Below, piece by piece: positions 29,998-40,283 of a stretch of DNA of 64,000 nucleotides. The stretch is from Flavobacteriales bacterium. Its GTDB lineage: Bacteria > Bacteroidota > Bacteroidia > Flavobacteriales_C > GCA-002722245. The DNA is taken from the NCBI GenBank assembly GCA_002717515.1, contig PBEC01000018.1, forward strand, positions 198,630 to 262,629, given 5' to 3'. The notes under the pieces are model-generated. The model was given only the letters and a program-made list of their open reading frames with translations, had not been told where the DNA came from and did no database searches. Every line of letters begins with the position of its first letter. The first letter of the stretch is position 1. Position numbers and translations under genes: made by a program.

Positions 29998-30894
29998 ATG
30001 CAATATCACAAATCTGTACTGTTAAAAGAAAGCATCGATGCACTTGAGGTTTCAAACGGGGGTGTTTATGTTGATACGACTTTCGGAGGAGGAGGGCATT
30101 CTAGAGAGATTTTAAGTAGGGTTCAAAATTGCTCTTTGTATTCTTTTGATCAAGATGAAGATGCACTGGAAAATGAATTGGATGATGAAAGGTTGACGTT
30201 AATTCATTCAAATTTCTCTGAATTGGAAAATTCATTAAAGCTTTATCGAGTTGATAAAGTTGATGGTGTTCTGGCTGATTTGGGCGTCTCTTCTCATCAG
30301 TTTGATTCTGAACAAAGAGGGTTCTCTATTCGGTTTGATGGTCCTTTGGATATGAGGATGGGGAAGGAGATTCAAAAAACAGCCTCTGATATTATTTGTG
30401 AGTATTCTTGGGAGGAATTGTCGGAAATGTTGAGAAGTTATTCCGACTTAAAAGGAACGGGAAGAATCGCCAGAAGAATAAAAGAAGTTAGTGAGTTAAG
30501 TCCGTTGCGAAGTACTTCGGAATTGGTTGAGGTTTTAAAAAAGATGGCTCCGGCCAATAAACATAATAAGTTTTTGGCTCAAGTTTTTCAGGCTTTTAGA
30601 ATTGAGGTAAACGATGAGATGCAGGTTTTAAAGGATATGTTAAATCAAACTATAGATGTTTTGAAGCCTGGAGGTAAATTGGTTGTGATTTCTTACCATT
30701 CAATTGAAGATCGTTTAGTAAAAAACTTCATGAGGTCAGGAAGTTTTAATGGAGAAGAAGAAAAAGATTTTTTTGGCAATTCATTGTCACCATTTAATAT
30801 GATTACAAGAAAGCCTATTGTTCCAAGTAGTTCTGAAATAGATGAAAACAATAGGGCCAGAAGTGCAAAATTAAGAGTAGCAAAAAAAGTTTGA
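29998..30894 (+). CDS. rsmH: 16S rRNA (cytosine1402-N4)-methyltransferase
   Basis: HKSVLL..DTTFGGGGHS..DLGVSSHQ..ISYHSIEDR motifs. Confidence 0.95.
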   Translation: MQYHKSVLLKESIDALEVSNGGVYVDTTFGGGGHSREILSRVQNCSLYSFDQDEDALENELDDERLTLIHSNFSELENSLKLYRVDKVDGVLADLGVSSHQFDSEQRGFSIRFDGPLDMRMGKEIQKTASDIICEYSWEELSEMLRSYSDLKGTGRIARRIKEVSELSPLRSTSELVEVLKKMAPANKHNKFLAQVFQAFRIEVNDEMQVLKDMLNQTIDVLKPGGKLVVISYHSIEDRLVKNFMRSGSFNGEEEKDFFGNSLSPFNMITRKPIVPSSSEIDENNRARSAKLRVAKKV

Positions 30895-30895
30895 T

Positions 30896-31219
30896 TTGAA
30901 AGAGCGAATGAAAATAAAAAATATGTTTGGATTGAATGATAAGGGGTTTTTTAAAAACTTACCCTTTATCCTCTTTCTTTCATTATTGGGCTTTTTGTAC
31001 ATAACAAACTCTTACTCTTTTGACGAAACGGTTCGCGAAATGGATGCTATTAAGAACGAAATTAACGATCAAAACAATGAGTTTGTTATTACCAAGACTC
31101 AGGTTAGTATAAAAGGACAAAGAAACGAAGTGGTTAATAAAGTTGAGCAGTTGGGTTTAAAAGAGAGTAAGAAGCCGCCTTTTCAGTTGAAAAAAGAAAA
31201 TGAAAAAATAGATAAATAA
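30896..31219 (+). CDS. ftsL: FtsL-like cell division protein (bitopic)
   Basis: Position between rsmH and ftsI. Single TM (LPFILFLSLLGFLYI). Coiled-coil-like periplasmic part. 107 aa. Confidence 0.55.
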   Translation: MKERMKIKNMFGLNDKGFFKNLPFILFLSLLGFLYITNSYSFDETVREMDAIKNEINDQNNEFVITKTQVSIKGQRNEVVNKVEQLGLKESKKPPFQLKKENEKIDK

Positions 31220-33301
31220 TTGGATTCAAAAACAAACATACTAAAGAGAGTATATTTTTTCTTTTTTGGATTAGTAGCTTTTGGAGTGTTGATTCTATTG
31301 GCTACAATAAATATTCAGTTTCTAAAAACTGATAAGGTAGTCGAAAATGTTAAAACTACTACTGTTAAGAAGAGAACTTTTCCTGCAAAGAGAGGAGATC
31401 TTTATGCGAAAGACGGGAGTTTGCTGGCAACATCTTTAACCTATTATGAAGTTGGTTTGGATCTTACCTCTCCTGCTATAGTTGAAGATACATTAAATAA
31501 ATACGTGAAGAGTTTATCAGATTCTTTAGAGGCTTTAACTGGTATAAAATCATCCAATGAATATTATAAGGATATTTTAGAAGCATACAAGGATTCTGTT
31601 CGATGGTATTTATTGAGTAGAGGTCTCAATTATCCTGATTTTCAAAAACTAAAAACGTTTCCTTTTATTAACCAGGGAAGATTAAAAAGTGGTTTGGCGT
31701 ACAGGAAGTATACAAAAAGAAAAAAACCTTTTGGTGTTTTGGCCTCCAGGACCATTGGTTCCAGGGCTCCATTTGGTTTAGAGGGAGCATACGATGCATA
31801 TCTCATGGGGGTAGACGGAGAGCAGTTGCAAAGAAGGAAGTCCAATGTTTGGGTTCCGGTAAATAACTCAAATATTAAGGAGTCGATAGATGGATCAGAT
31901 GTCTATTCTACCATTGATATAAATATTCAAGAAGTGGCTGAAAATGCATTAAAAGATCAATTGTTTTATAATAAAGCAGATTATGGTTGTGCTGTAGTTA
32001 TGGAGGTTGAAACGGGTAAAGTAAGAGCTATTGCCAATCTTTTGATCGATACGGCAACAGGAGAGTTTACAGAAGCTAGAAATTTCGCTGTTGCTGATGC
32101 TGAGGAGCCAGGTTCAACCATTAAGTTGGCAAGTTTTATGGCTGTTCTGGAAAAAAAACAGTTGGATTTAGATGATAAAAATATAAAAATTGGTAACGGA
32201 AAGTATAAAGTTTATGATAGAGTCGTAAAGGACTCTCATGTTACAAATTCAAAGCTCTCTGCTCGTGAGGTTTTTGAAAGATCTTCGAATGTTGGAACCG
32301 TTAAACTGGTAGAAAAATATTACAAAAAGAATCCTGAGGAATATATTGAAAGATTATACAGTTTTGGTCTGTTGGATAAGTTAAATCTTGATATAATAGG
32401 TGAGGCAGATCCAATGATAAAATCTCCTTCCGATGAGGATTGGTATGGTACAACGCTTGCCTGGACTTCTCATGGCTATGAGTCTAAGCTAACGCCTTTA
32501 CAGATACTTGCTTTTTATAATTCGGTTGCGAATAACGGGAAATTAGTAAAACCTATTTTTATTGAGAAGATTATTAATCAAGACAAGAAGGAAACTTTGT
32601 TTAGTCCTCACATCATAAAATCTTCAATTTGCTCTAAAGAATCTATTGAAAAACTTCAAGGCTTATTGGAGGGCGTTGTCTCCAATGGAACGGCTAAAAG
32701 ACCATTCAAAGGTTCCCTTTATAAAGTAGCAGGCAAAACGGGAACAGCTGTTACAAATTACAGTGATTCGGGAATAAAAAAGAAAAAATACAGAAGCTCT
32801 TTTGTGGGGTATTTTCCCGCAGATAATCCGAGATATTCTTGTATTGTTGTTGTTACAAACCCAAGAGAAAATGGTATTTATGGAAGTAGTACAGCAGCCC
32901 CGGTTTTTCGAAAAATATCAGACCGAGTTTTTGCTCTAGATAAAGAATTGAGAACAGAATTGGCATCAAAAAATACTTCGGTAGATGTAAGGTCAAAAAA
33001 TGGTCGAGAAAACGAAATAGTAACTGTTGCAGAAAATCTTAATATGGTAACTGATGCAGGAGAATCTAATAAATATGTGTCGGCAAAAATCATAAAAAAT
33101 AAAATGCGAGTAAAACCTTTGAAAGAAGCAATTGAAAATGTTCCAAATGTAAAGGGTTTAACGGCAAAAGATGCCTTGTATATTTTGGAGGGAAAGGGCT
33201 TAAAAGTGATAATTTCTGGTAAGGGAAGAGTTTTGAAACAAAGTTTACCCCCTGGAAGCAAAGTAATAAAAGGAAAACCTATAGAAATCATATTAGGATA
33301 A
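31220..33301 (+). CDS. ftsI: peptidoglycan D,D-transpeptidase FtsI (class B PBP3) with C-terminal PASTA domain; TTG start
   Basis: N-terminal TM. SXXK (STIK), SXN (SSN), KTG(T) (KTGTA) motifs. C-terminal PASTA-like KGLTAKDALYILEGKGLKV. Confidence 0.9.
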   Translation: MDSKTNILKRVYFFFFGLVAFGVLILLATINIQFLKTDKVVENVKTTTVKKRTFPAKRGDLYAKDGSLLATSLTYYEVGLDLTSPAIVEDTLNKYVKSLSDSLEALTGIKSSNEYYKDILEAYKDSVRWYLLSRGLNYPDFQKLKTFPFINQGRLKSGLAYRKYTKRKKPFGVLASRTIGSRAPFGLEGAYDAYLMGVDGEQLQRRKSNVWVPVNNSNIKESIDGSDVYSTIDINIQEVAENALKDQLFYNKADYGCAVVMEVETGKVRAIANLLIDTATGEFTEARNFAVADAEEPGSTIKLASFMAVLEKKQLDLDDKNIKIGNGKYKVYDRVVKDSHVTNSKLSAREVFERSSNVGTVKLVEKYYKKNPEEYIERLYSFGLLDKLNLDIIGEADPMIKSPSDEDWYGTTLAWTSHGYESKLTPLQILAFYNSVANNGKLVKPIFIEKIINQDKKETLFSPHIIKSSICSKESIEKLQGLLEGVVSNGTAKRPFKGSLYKVAGKTGTAVTNYSDSGIKKKKYRSSFVGYFPADNPRYSCIVVVTNPRENGIYGSSTAAPVFRKISDRVFALDKELRTELASKNTSVDVRSKNGRENEIVTVAENLNMVTDAGESNKYVSAKIIKNKMRVKPLKEAIENVPNVKGLTAKDALYILEGKGLKVIISGKGRVLKQSLPPGSKVIKGKPIEIILG

Positions 33302-34764
33302 TGAAGTTACTGTCCGACATATTATATAAATCTGGTATTGAGGAGGTTATTGGAGACATTAGTCGTTCAATTGACTCAATATGTTTTGATTCGCGTAAAG
33401 TAACCAGTAATTCTTTATTTATTGCCACTAGAGGAACTCATGTTGATGGACATGAATTCATAAATTCAGCCATAGATAATGGGGCTGTTACTGTTATTTG
33501 TGAAAAATTTCCAAGTCAAATTTCAAGTCAAATCACTTACGTTAAGGTAAAAGATTCTTCTTATGCACTTGGTGTAGTTGCCTCTAATTTTTATGGAAAC
33601 CCTTCTGATAAACTTAAACTAATAGGTGTAACGGGTACAAATGGTAAAACTACCGTAGTAACCTTGTTGTACTTGCTGTATTCTCAATTGGGAAAAAAAG
33701 CAGGTCTTTTGTCCACAGTTCGAAATAAGATAATATCGGAAACTATTCCCTCTACACATACTACACCTGATGCCATAGCAATCAATCAACTTTTAGCACA
33801 AATGGTGGAAAAAGGGTGCACACATTGTTTTATGGAGGTCAGTTCACATTCCATACAACAAAATCGAATATCTGGTTTGGATTTTGACTTGGCTCTGTTT
33901 ACTAATCTGACGCATGACCATCTGGATTATCATAAAACTTTTGAAGCTTACATAAATGCAAAAAAACAATTTTTCGATGGACTTTCATCAGGTTCCATAG
34001 CGCTTACTAATGCTGATGAGCGGCATGGAAACACAATGGTTTTAAATACAAAAGCCGTAGTGAAAAAGTATGGGTTGAAGGCTATGGCAGATTATAAGTG
34101 TAGATTAGTAGAAAATTCTTTTGAAGGTCTTCAGCTCAACATTGATGGACAAGATGTTTGGACAAGATTAGTGGGCTCTTTTAATGCATACAATTTACTC
34201 GCGGTATACTCAGCTGCATTGGAGCTTGATGAAGATAAAATAGCTGTTCTAACAGCTCTGAGTAGTTTATCGGCTGTTGAGGGAAGATTTCAACATTTTA
34301 GATCAAGTAATGGTGTAATTGCAATTGTTGATTATGCTCACACACCTGATGCACTTAAAAAAGTATTAAATACGATTAAAGATATACGCTCAGGAAATGA
34401 ACAATTAATTACGGTTGTGGGCTGTGGGGGAGATAGAGATAGAGAAAAAAGACCTCTTATGGCTCGAATAGCAGCTAATTTGAGTGATCGTGTTTTTGCT
34501 ACCTCAGACAATCCAAGATCGGAAAATCCCGAAACAATAATCAAAGAAATGAAAACAGGATTGGATCCTGTTGAGTTGGCTAAAATTTTATCTATTTCTG
34601 ATAGAGCTGAAGCCATAAAAACAGCTTGTACCCTTGCTCAACCTGGCGACATTGTTTTGGTAGCAGGCAAGGGTCATGAGAAATATCAAGAAATAAATGG
34701 GGTTAAGCATCCATTTGATGATGTTGAAATGTTAGAAAATTCATTTAAAATATTGAAAAAGTAA
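33301..34764 (+). CDS. murE: UDP-N-acetylmuramoyl-L-alanyl-D-glutamate--2,6-diaminopimelate ligase
   Basis: Mur ligase P-loop [14 protein letters not shown] motif (SDNPRSENP) of MurE. Confidence 0.95.
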   Translation: MKLLSDILYKSGIEEVIGDISRSIDSICFDSRKVTSNSLFIATRGTHVDGHEFINSAIDNGAVTVICEKFPSQISSQITYVKVKDSSYALGVVASNFYGNPSDKLKLIGVTGTNGKTTVVTLLYLLYSQLGKKAGLLSTVRNKIISETIPSTHTTPDAIAINQLLAQMVEKGCTHCFMEVSSHSIQQNRISGLDFDLALFTNLTHDHLDYHKTFEAYINAKKQFFDGLSSGSIALTNADERHGNTMVLNTKAVVKKYGLKAMADYKCRLVENSFEGLQLNIDGQDVWTRLVGSFNAYNLLAVYSAALELDEDKIAVLTALSSLSAVEGRFQHFRSSNGVIAIVDYAHTPDALKKVLNTIKDIRSGNEQLITVVGCGGDRDREKRPLMARIAANLSDRVFATSDNPRSENPETIIKEMKTGLDPVELAKILSISDRAEAIKTACTLAQPGDIVLVAGKGHEKYQEINGVKHPFDDVEMLENSFKILKK

Positions 34765-35996
34765 TGTTGTACTACGTATTTGAATATTTAAACGATCTAA
34801 ATTTTCCTGGTGCAGGGGCGTTTCAGTACATTACAACAAGAGCTGCATCTGCCATAATATTGTCTCTAATCATATCAATGATTTTTGGGAAAAAAATTAT
34901 TAAGATGTTGCATCGTTTGCAGGTTGGTGAAACAGTTAGAGATTTGGGATTAGAAGGCCAGGTTGAGAAAACAGGGACGCCAACAATGGGAGGACTTTTA
35001 ATTCTTGGAGCAATCCTCATACCAACCTTACTTTTTGCAAAGCTGGATAATATATACATATTAATGCTTTTACTATCAACGGTTTGGTTAGGACTTATTG
35101 GTTTTTTAGATGATTACATAAAAGTATTTAAAAAGAATAAAGAAGGTTTAAAAGGGAAGATGAAAATTGTTGGTCAAGTTGGCATAGGTATAATTGTTGG
35201 CGCAACTCTTTTTTTTAGTGATGAGGTGACAATAGCTGAAGAGTCTCCAAATTCACCCAATCCAACAGTAACTGTTGATGGAAAGATAATAAAGAACACA
35301 ATCTGGGAAGAAAGTAAATCTTTATCGACAACAATTCCGTTTTTTAAAGACAATGAACTTGATTATGGTTATGCTGTTGAATTATTTGGGTTAGATGCTG
35401 AAAAATGGGGTTGGTTAGTTTTTATACCAATTGTAATTATAATTATTACTGCAGTTTCGAATGGAGCTAATTTAACTGACGGTATCGATGGTCTTGCAAC
35501 AGGTACTTCTGCAATAATAGGGGTTGCACTTGGAGTTTTGGCTTATGTTTCAGGAAACGCTTTTTTTGCAGATTATTTGAACATAATGTATATTCCAGAT
35601 TCTGGAGAGCTCGTAGTTTTTATGGGAGCTTTTGTTGGAGCATGTATTGGATTTTTGTGGTACAACGCTTATCCCGCTCAAGTCTTTATGGGAGATACAG
35701 GGAGTTTAGCCTTAGGAGGAATTATAGGAACATTTGCAATTGCAATACGAAAAGAGTTGTTAATTCCGGTCTTATGTGGAATTTTTTTAGTGGAGAATTT
35801 AAGTGTAATTCTTCAGGTTGCTTATTTCAAATACACAAAAAACAAATTTGGTGTTGGTAAAAGGGTTTTTAAAATGGCGCCTTTACATCATCATTATCAA
35901 AAATTAGGATATCATGAAGCTAAAATTGTGGGAAGGTTCTGGATAGTGGGGATTTTACTGGCAATTTTTGCTATTGCAACGTTAAAGTTAAGATAA
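34764..35996 (+). CDS. mraY: phospho-N-acetylmuramoyl-pentapeptide transferase
   Basis: Ten-TM protein with [15 protein letters not shown] and HHHY motifs. Confidence 0.95.
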   Translation: MLYYVFEYLNDLNFPGAGAFQYITTRAASAIILSLIISMIFGKKIIKMLHRLQVGETVRDLGLEGQVEKTGTPTMGGLLILGAILIPTLLFAKLDNIYILMLLLSTVWLGLIGFLDDYIKVFKKNKEGLKGKMKIVGQVGIGIIVGATLFFSDEVTIAEESPNSPNPTVTVDGKIIKNTIWEESKSLSTTIPFFKDNELDYGYAVELFGLDAEKWGWLVFIPIVIIIITAVSNGANLTDGIDGLATGTSAIIGVALGVLAYVSGNAFFADYLNIMYIPDSGELVVFMGAFVGACIGFLWYNAYPAQVFMGDTGSLALGGIIGTFAIAIRKELLIPVLCGIFLVENLSVILQVAYFKYTKNKFGVGKRVFKMAPLHHHYQKLGYHEAKIVGRFWIVGILLAIFAIATLKLR

Positions 35997-35999
35997 AAC

Positions 36000-37340
36000 T
36001 TGAGTCAAAAATTAGTCATATTAGGTGCAGGAGAGAGTGGAGTTGGAGCTGCTGTCTTGGGAAAACAAAAACAGTACGATGTTTTTGTTTCAGATATCGG
36101 CGCTATTGACCCTAACTATAAGAGAATACTTATTGATGAAGGAATATTTTTCGAGGAGGGTGTGCACACAGAAAAGGAGATATTTAATGCTGATGTTGTT
36201 GTAAAGAGTCCAGGAATACCAGATTCGATTTCTTTAATTAAGGATTTGATGGAGAAAGGTGTTCAGGTTGTTTCTGAAATAGAATTTGCAAGTTGGTTCA
36301 CAAATGCAACATTAATTGGGATTACTGGAAGTAATGGGAAAACTACAACAACATCCTTAATGCATCATATTCTTAAATGTTCTGGATTAAATGTTGGTAT
36401 AGCGGGTAATATTGGAAAAAGCTTTGCCATGCAGATAGCGAAATGTAACTATGATTTTTATGTTTTGGAATTAAGTAGTTTTCAATTGGATGGTATTGAC
36501 AAATTAAAATTAGATGTTTCAGTTTTATTGAACATTACTCCCGATCATTTGGATCGTTATAATAATAGTTTTGAACAGTATACTAATTCGAAATTTCAAA
36601 TTATAAGAAATTCTGATAAAAACTCTGTTTTTGTATACAATGGAGATGATCCTACTATTGTGCAGAAAATTAAGCATTTAAACTTAAAAGTCAATTCCTA
36701 TTCGTTTACAAAAGAACCTATAAAAAATAAAGGTGCAGGTATCGAAAATGAAAGTATATGTATAGATATCAACAATCCAATGAGGATATCTGGGGATGAC
36801 ATTTCCTTGAAGGGCAAACATAATTCATATAATATTATGGCATCTGCTATAGTTGCATGTTTGTTCGATTTGTCTGAGAATGCTATTGTATCAGCAATAA
36901 AAAGCTTTCAGCCTATTGAGCACAGAATGGAACGAGTTATGAAAATAAATGGCGTAGAATATATTAATGATTCAAAAGCAACAAATGTTGATAGTGCTTT
37001 CTACGCGCTAGAAAGCATTCAAAATAAAGTGATTTGGATAGCTGGAGGTATTGATAAAGGAAACGATTATACCAAATTGGTTCCTTTGGTTAAATCTAAA
37101 GTCAAAGGCATGGTATGTCTGGGAAAAGACAATAAAAAATTACACGACACCTTTAAAGATCTTGTAGAACAAATAGCCGACGCATCTAGTGCAAATGAAG
37201 CAGTAGAGAAAGCTTCAGCAATGGCCAAGGATGGTTATACTGTATTGCTTTCTCCTGCATGTGCAAGCTTTGATTTGTTCAAAAATTATCAAGATAGAGG
37301 AGAAAAATTTAAACAAGGAATAATTAAACTAAACCAATAA
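36000..37340 (+). CDS. murD: UDP-N-acetylmuramoylalanine--D-glutamate ligase (TTG start)
   Basis: ILGAGESG Rossmann N-domain, P-loop GITGSNGKTT, C-terminal domain with INDSKATN. Confidence 0.95.
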   Translation: MSQKLVILGAGESGVGAAVLGKQKQYDVFVSDIGAIDPNYKRILIDEGIFFEEGVHTEKEIFNADVVVKSPGIPDSISLIKDLMEKGVQVVSEIEFASWFTNATLIGITGSNGKTTTTSLMHHILKCSGLNVGIAGNIGKSFAMQIAKCNYDFYVLELSSFQLDGIDKLKLDVSVLLNITPDHLDRYNNSFEQYTNSKFQIIRNSDKNSVFVYNGDDPTIVQKIKHLNLKVNSYSFTKEPIKNKGAGIENESICIDINNPMRISGDDISLKGKHNSYNIMASAIVACLFDLSENAIVSAIKSFQPIEHRMERVMKINGVEYINDSKATNVDSAFYALESIQNKVIWIAGGIDKGNDYTKLVPLVKSKVKGMVCLGKDNKKLHDTFKDLVEQIADASSANEAVEKASAMAKDGYTVLLSPACASFDLFKNYQDRGEKFKQGIIKLNQ

Positions 37341-37353
37341 ATTTAATTAAATC

Positions 37354-37902
37354 ATGACAAAGGGCAATTTTGAATTTCAGAGTAAGTTAAGCGTTGGTGA
37401 TACAATGGCTGAAAACTTAAAAGAAAATGTTGAAAACTTAAGAAAGGATAGCTTAAGAGAAAAATTTAGTGACTTCGAGAATGTTGAACATCGCTTGGAA
37501 TTTGTTGCTAATGTGCACGGTATTGAGTACATTAATGACTCAAAAGCCACCAATGTAAATTCCACTTGGTATGCTTTGGAAAGAATGAAAAGGCAAACCG
37601 TTTGGATTGTTGGAGGCGTTGATAAAACAATTGATTATTCATCACTTCAAGAATTATCTAAGGAAAAAGTTAGAGCGATTGTGTATATTGGTACCAACAA
37701 ATCTAAAATATTTGAAAACTTTTTGGATAAGGTTGATATGATTGTAGACGCTGGATCAATGGAAGAAGCTGTGCAAATGGCATATTATATAGCAGATAAA
37801 GGAGAAACAGTTTTGTTGTCACCAGCTTCTGCGAGTTTTAATATGTTTGAGAATTTGGAGGAAAGAGGCAATGCCTTTAAACAAGCTGTTAGAAGCTTAT
37901 AA
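37354..37902 (+). CDS. stand-alone MurD C-terminal-domain paralogue (Mur ligase C-terminal domain protein, 182 aa)
   Basis: Residues 45-182 align colinearly, at about 50% identity by eye, with the C-terminal domain of the adjacent MurD. Example: EHRLEFVANVHGIEYINDSKATNVNSTWYALE...TVLLSPASASFNMFENLEERGNAFKQAV versus EHRMERVMKINGVEYINDSKATNVDSAFYALE...TVLLSPACASFDLFKNYQDRGEKFKQGI. Own ATG 14 nt after the murD stop. No frameshifts. Confidence 0.7.
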   Translation: MTKGNFEFQSKLSVGDTMAENLKENVENLRKDSLREKFSDFENVEHRLEFVANVHGIEYINDSKATNVNSTWYALERMKRQTVWIVGGVDKTIDYSSLQELSKEKVRAIVYIGTNKSKIFENFLDKVDMIVDAGSMEEAVQMAYYIADKGETVLLSPASASFNMFENLEERGNAFKQAVRSL

Positions 37903-37914
37903 TTAATTGTTGCT

Positions 37915-38046
37915 ATGGAAGAAGTAAAACCCGATAAAAGTAGAGAGGTAAAACTCCTTGTTACTATTATTGCTTCTAGTGTGCTTTTGTTCTTGATTTT
38001 TAGTATTGTTTGGGTGATAAAAAGAGTCAAGGAAGGAGTATCCTAA
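37915..38046 (+). CDS. 43-aa single-TM micro-protein candidate (MEEVKPDKSREVKLLVTIIASSVLLFLIFSIVWVIKRVKEGVS), below the ORF-track size cutoff
   Basis: ATG 13 nt after the upstream stop. Its stop is 4 nt before the ftsW ATG. Charged N-terminus, 22-residue hydrophobic helix, and a positive KR after the helix. Confidence 0.4.
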   Translation: MEEVKPDKSREVKLLVTIIASSVLLFLIFSIVWVIKRVKEGVS

Positions 38047-38050
38047 ATTA

Positions 38051-39202
38051 ATGCAGGAGATTTACAATAAGATATATGGCGATAAAGTCATTTGGGGTGT
38101 AATTATATCCCTCGCTTTGTTGTCGATTCCAATTGTTTATGTTGGTACGGAACAGTTGGCTTTATTAAGAGGAGGAAACTTTTTTTATTTCGTTATAAAA
38201 CACGCAATAATTTTATTAAGCGCCTTTGTCATTGCTTACCAAGTTTCTAAAATCAATCATGGTTATCTCTCCAGAGTTTCTATTATTTTAATGGTTTTTA
38301 CCATTCCACTTCTTTTATATACAATGTTTGCAGGCCATAATGTTGATGATGCCTCCAGGTGGATTAAAATTCCTTTTATAGGATTAAGTTTTCAGACATC
38401 AGATTTTGCCAAAATTTCATTAACAATTTATGTAGCAAGAGTTCTTAGTAGGAAACAAGGAGAACTTCATAGTTTTAAGGTTGTGTTGAAACACTTATTT
38501 ATTCCTATTGTTTTTGTTTGTGCATTGATTGTAAAGAGTGATTTTTCAACCGCATTTTTAATTTTGGGGGGTTGTTTTATTATATTGTTTTTTGGAGGTG
38601 TTAAAATGAGCCATTTTGGAATTATATTATTGATTCTTATTCTTTGTTTTACAATAATATTACTTACAGTGCCAGAATTTCTTCAAAGACTACTTACTTG
38701 GGTGAACAGATTGAAGGCATACAGTGATCCTCTTCATCCGGGAAATTACCAAAAAAATTTAGCGGAAGCTTCGATTTATGATGGTGGTGCTCTTGGGTTA
38801 TGGTTTGATATATTTCCTGGCAAATATGGTCAGCCACCTCAGGCAGCGTCGGATTTTATTTATGCTACAATTTTGAGAAACTATGGAATAATAGGAGGTG
38901 CGTTTACCATTTTAATGTATCTAGTCTTATTTTTTAGAAGTATTAAAATAGCTCGAAAATGCAATAAACTTTTCTCCGTTCTATTAGTAATTGGTCTTTC
39001 TTCTGGACTAATCATTCAAGCATTTAGTAATATGGCAGTTGCAGTTGGGATTTTTCCCGTAACGGGACAACCTTTACCAATGGTAAGTATGGGAGGTACA
39101 TCTTTATGGTTTACTGCAATATCAATTGGAATAATTTTGAGTGTAAGTCGAGAAATAAGTAGCGGTAATAACGATGAAGAAATCGCCAAAAGTAATAATT
39201 AG
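38051..39202 (+). CDS. ftsW: SEDS-family peptidoglycan glycosyltransferase FtsW
   Basis: 10-TM SEDS protein. Conserved PLPMVSMGGTS loop motif. Position between murD and murG. Confidence 0.9.
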   Translation: MQEIYNKIYGDKVIWGVIISLALLSIPIVYVGTEQLALLRGGNFFYFVIKHAIILLSAFVIAYQVSKINHGYLSRVSIILMVFTIPLLLYTMFAGHNVDDASRWIKIPFIGLSFQTSDFAKISLTIYVARVLSRKQGELHSFKVVLKHLFIPIVFVCALIVKSDFSTAFLILGGCFIILFFGGVKMSHFGIILLILILCFTIILLTVPEFLQRLLTWVNRLKAYSDPLHPGNYQKNLAEASIYDGGALGLWFDIFPGKYGQPPQAASDFIYATILRNYGIIGGAFTILMYLVLFFRSIKIARKCNKLFSVLLVIGLSSGLIIQAFSNMAVAVGIFPVTGQPLPMVSMGGTSLWFTAISIGIILSVSREISSGNNDEEIAKSNN

Positions 39203-40283
39203 TGGTGGCGGAACAGGAGGACATATTTTTCCTGCTGTAGCCATAGCAAATGCAATTAAACTAAAATATCCCGATGCAAATATCCTTTTTGTTGGTGCAA
39301 AAGGCAAAATGGAAATGGAAAAAGTCCCCAAAGCGGGATACCCTATTGAAGGCCTTTGGATTAGTGGTATTCAACGAAAACTGACAATTTCCAACCTGTC
39401 TTTTCCTTTCAAACTCATTTCAAGTTTATGGAAATCTCGAAATATAATTAAACGCTTTAATCCTGATTTATGTATAGGCGTTGGAGGGTTTGCAAGTGGA
39501 CCACTTTTAAAGGCTGCTACATGGGCAGGAATTCCAACATTGATTCACGAATCGAACTCTTATCCGGGGATTACTAATAAATTATTGGGTAAAAATGTTA
39601 ATACAGTTTGTGTTGCTTTTCAAGGAATGGAAAAGTTCTTCCCAAAGGCTAAAAAACTGGTAATTACAGGTAACCCTGTTCGTCAAGAAATTTTGAATTT
39701 GGATGGTAAAAAAGAAAAAGGTTTGCGTGATTTTGGTTTGGAAGCAGATAAGCCTGTTGTTTTGTCAATAGGAGGAAGTCAAGGAGCCAGAAGTATTAAT
39801 CAAGCTTTGGATGATGATTTAGAAAAATTTGTGGAAAAAGGGTATCAATTGTTATGGCAAACAGGTAAGTTTTATAAAACAAAATCTCAAGATAGAGTTG
39901 ACAAAATCGGGAGTAATTTAATTCACCCTCATGAGTTTATTTATACTATGGACTTGGCCTATTCAGTTGCTGATGTAGTTGTTTCCAGATCTGGCGCAAT
40001 GTCCGTTACTGAATTGAGTTTAGTTGGAAAGCCTTGTGTGCTTGTCCCTTTTCCTTTTGCTGCTGAAGACCACCAAACTGCAAATGCAATGGCGTTAGTT
40101 AATAATAATGCTGGGGTTTTAGTTAAGGATTCTGAAGTTAAAAATAAACTTTTTCAAGCCGTAGACAGTCTTCTCTCTGATGAAGAAAAAAGAAGAACCT
40201 TAAAACGAAATATTGAGAAGTTAAAAATTGAAAATGCTGCTGATTTAATAATGGCAGAAGTAAATAAACTTTTGGAAAATTGA
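39174..40283 (+). CDS. murG: UDP-N-acetylglucosamine--N-acetylmuramyl-(pentapeptide) pyrophosphoryl-undecaprenol N-acetylglucosamine transferase
   Basis: GGTGGHIFPA N-terminal motif and C-terminal GGSQGA. 369 aa. Confidence 0.9.
   Translation: MKKSPKVIISGGGTGGHIFPAVAIANAIKLKYPDANILFVGAKGKMEMEKVPKAGYPIEGLWISGIQRKLTISNLSFPFKLISSLWKSRNIIKRFNPDLCIGVGGFASGPLLKAATWAGIPTLIHESNSYPGITNKLLGKNVNTVCVAFQGMEKFFPKAKKLVITGNPVRQEILNLDGKKEKGLRDFGLEADKPVVLSIGGSQGARSINQALDDDLEKFVEKGYQLLWQTGKFYKTKSQDRVDKIGSNLIHPHEFIYTMDLAYSVADVVVSRSGAMSVTELSLVGKPCVLVPFPFAAEDHQTANAMALVNNNAGVLVKDSEVKNKLFQAVDSLLSDEEKRRTLKRNIEKLKIENAADLIMAEVNKLLEN

Noticed and set aside
32878-33291. 137-aa minus-strand ORF inside ftsI
   Set aside because: Antisense to ftsI. 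Similar antisense ORFs (9015-9251, 34338-34616, 44171-44491, 54070-56153 group) were rejected on the same grounds.
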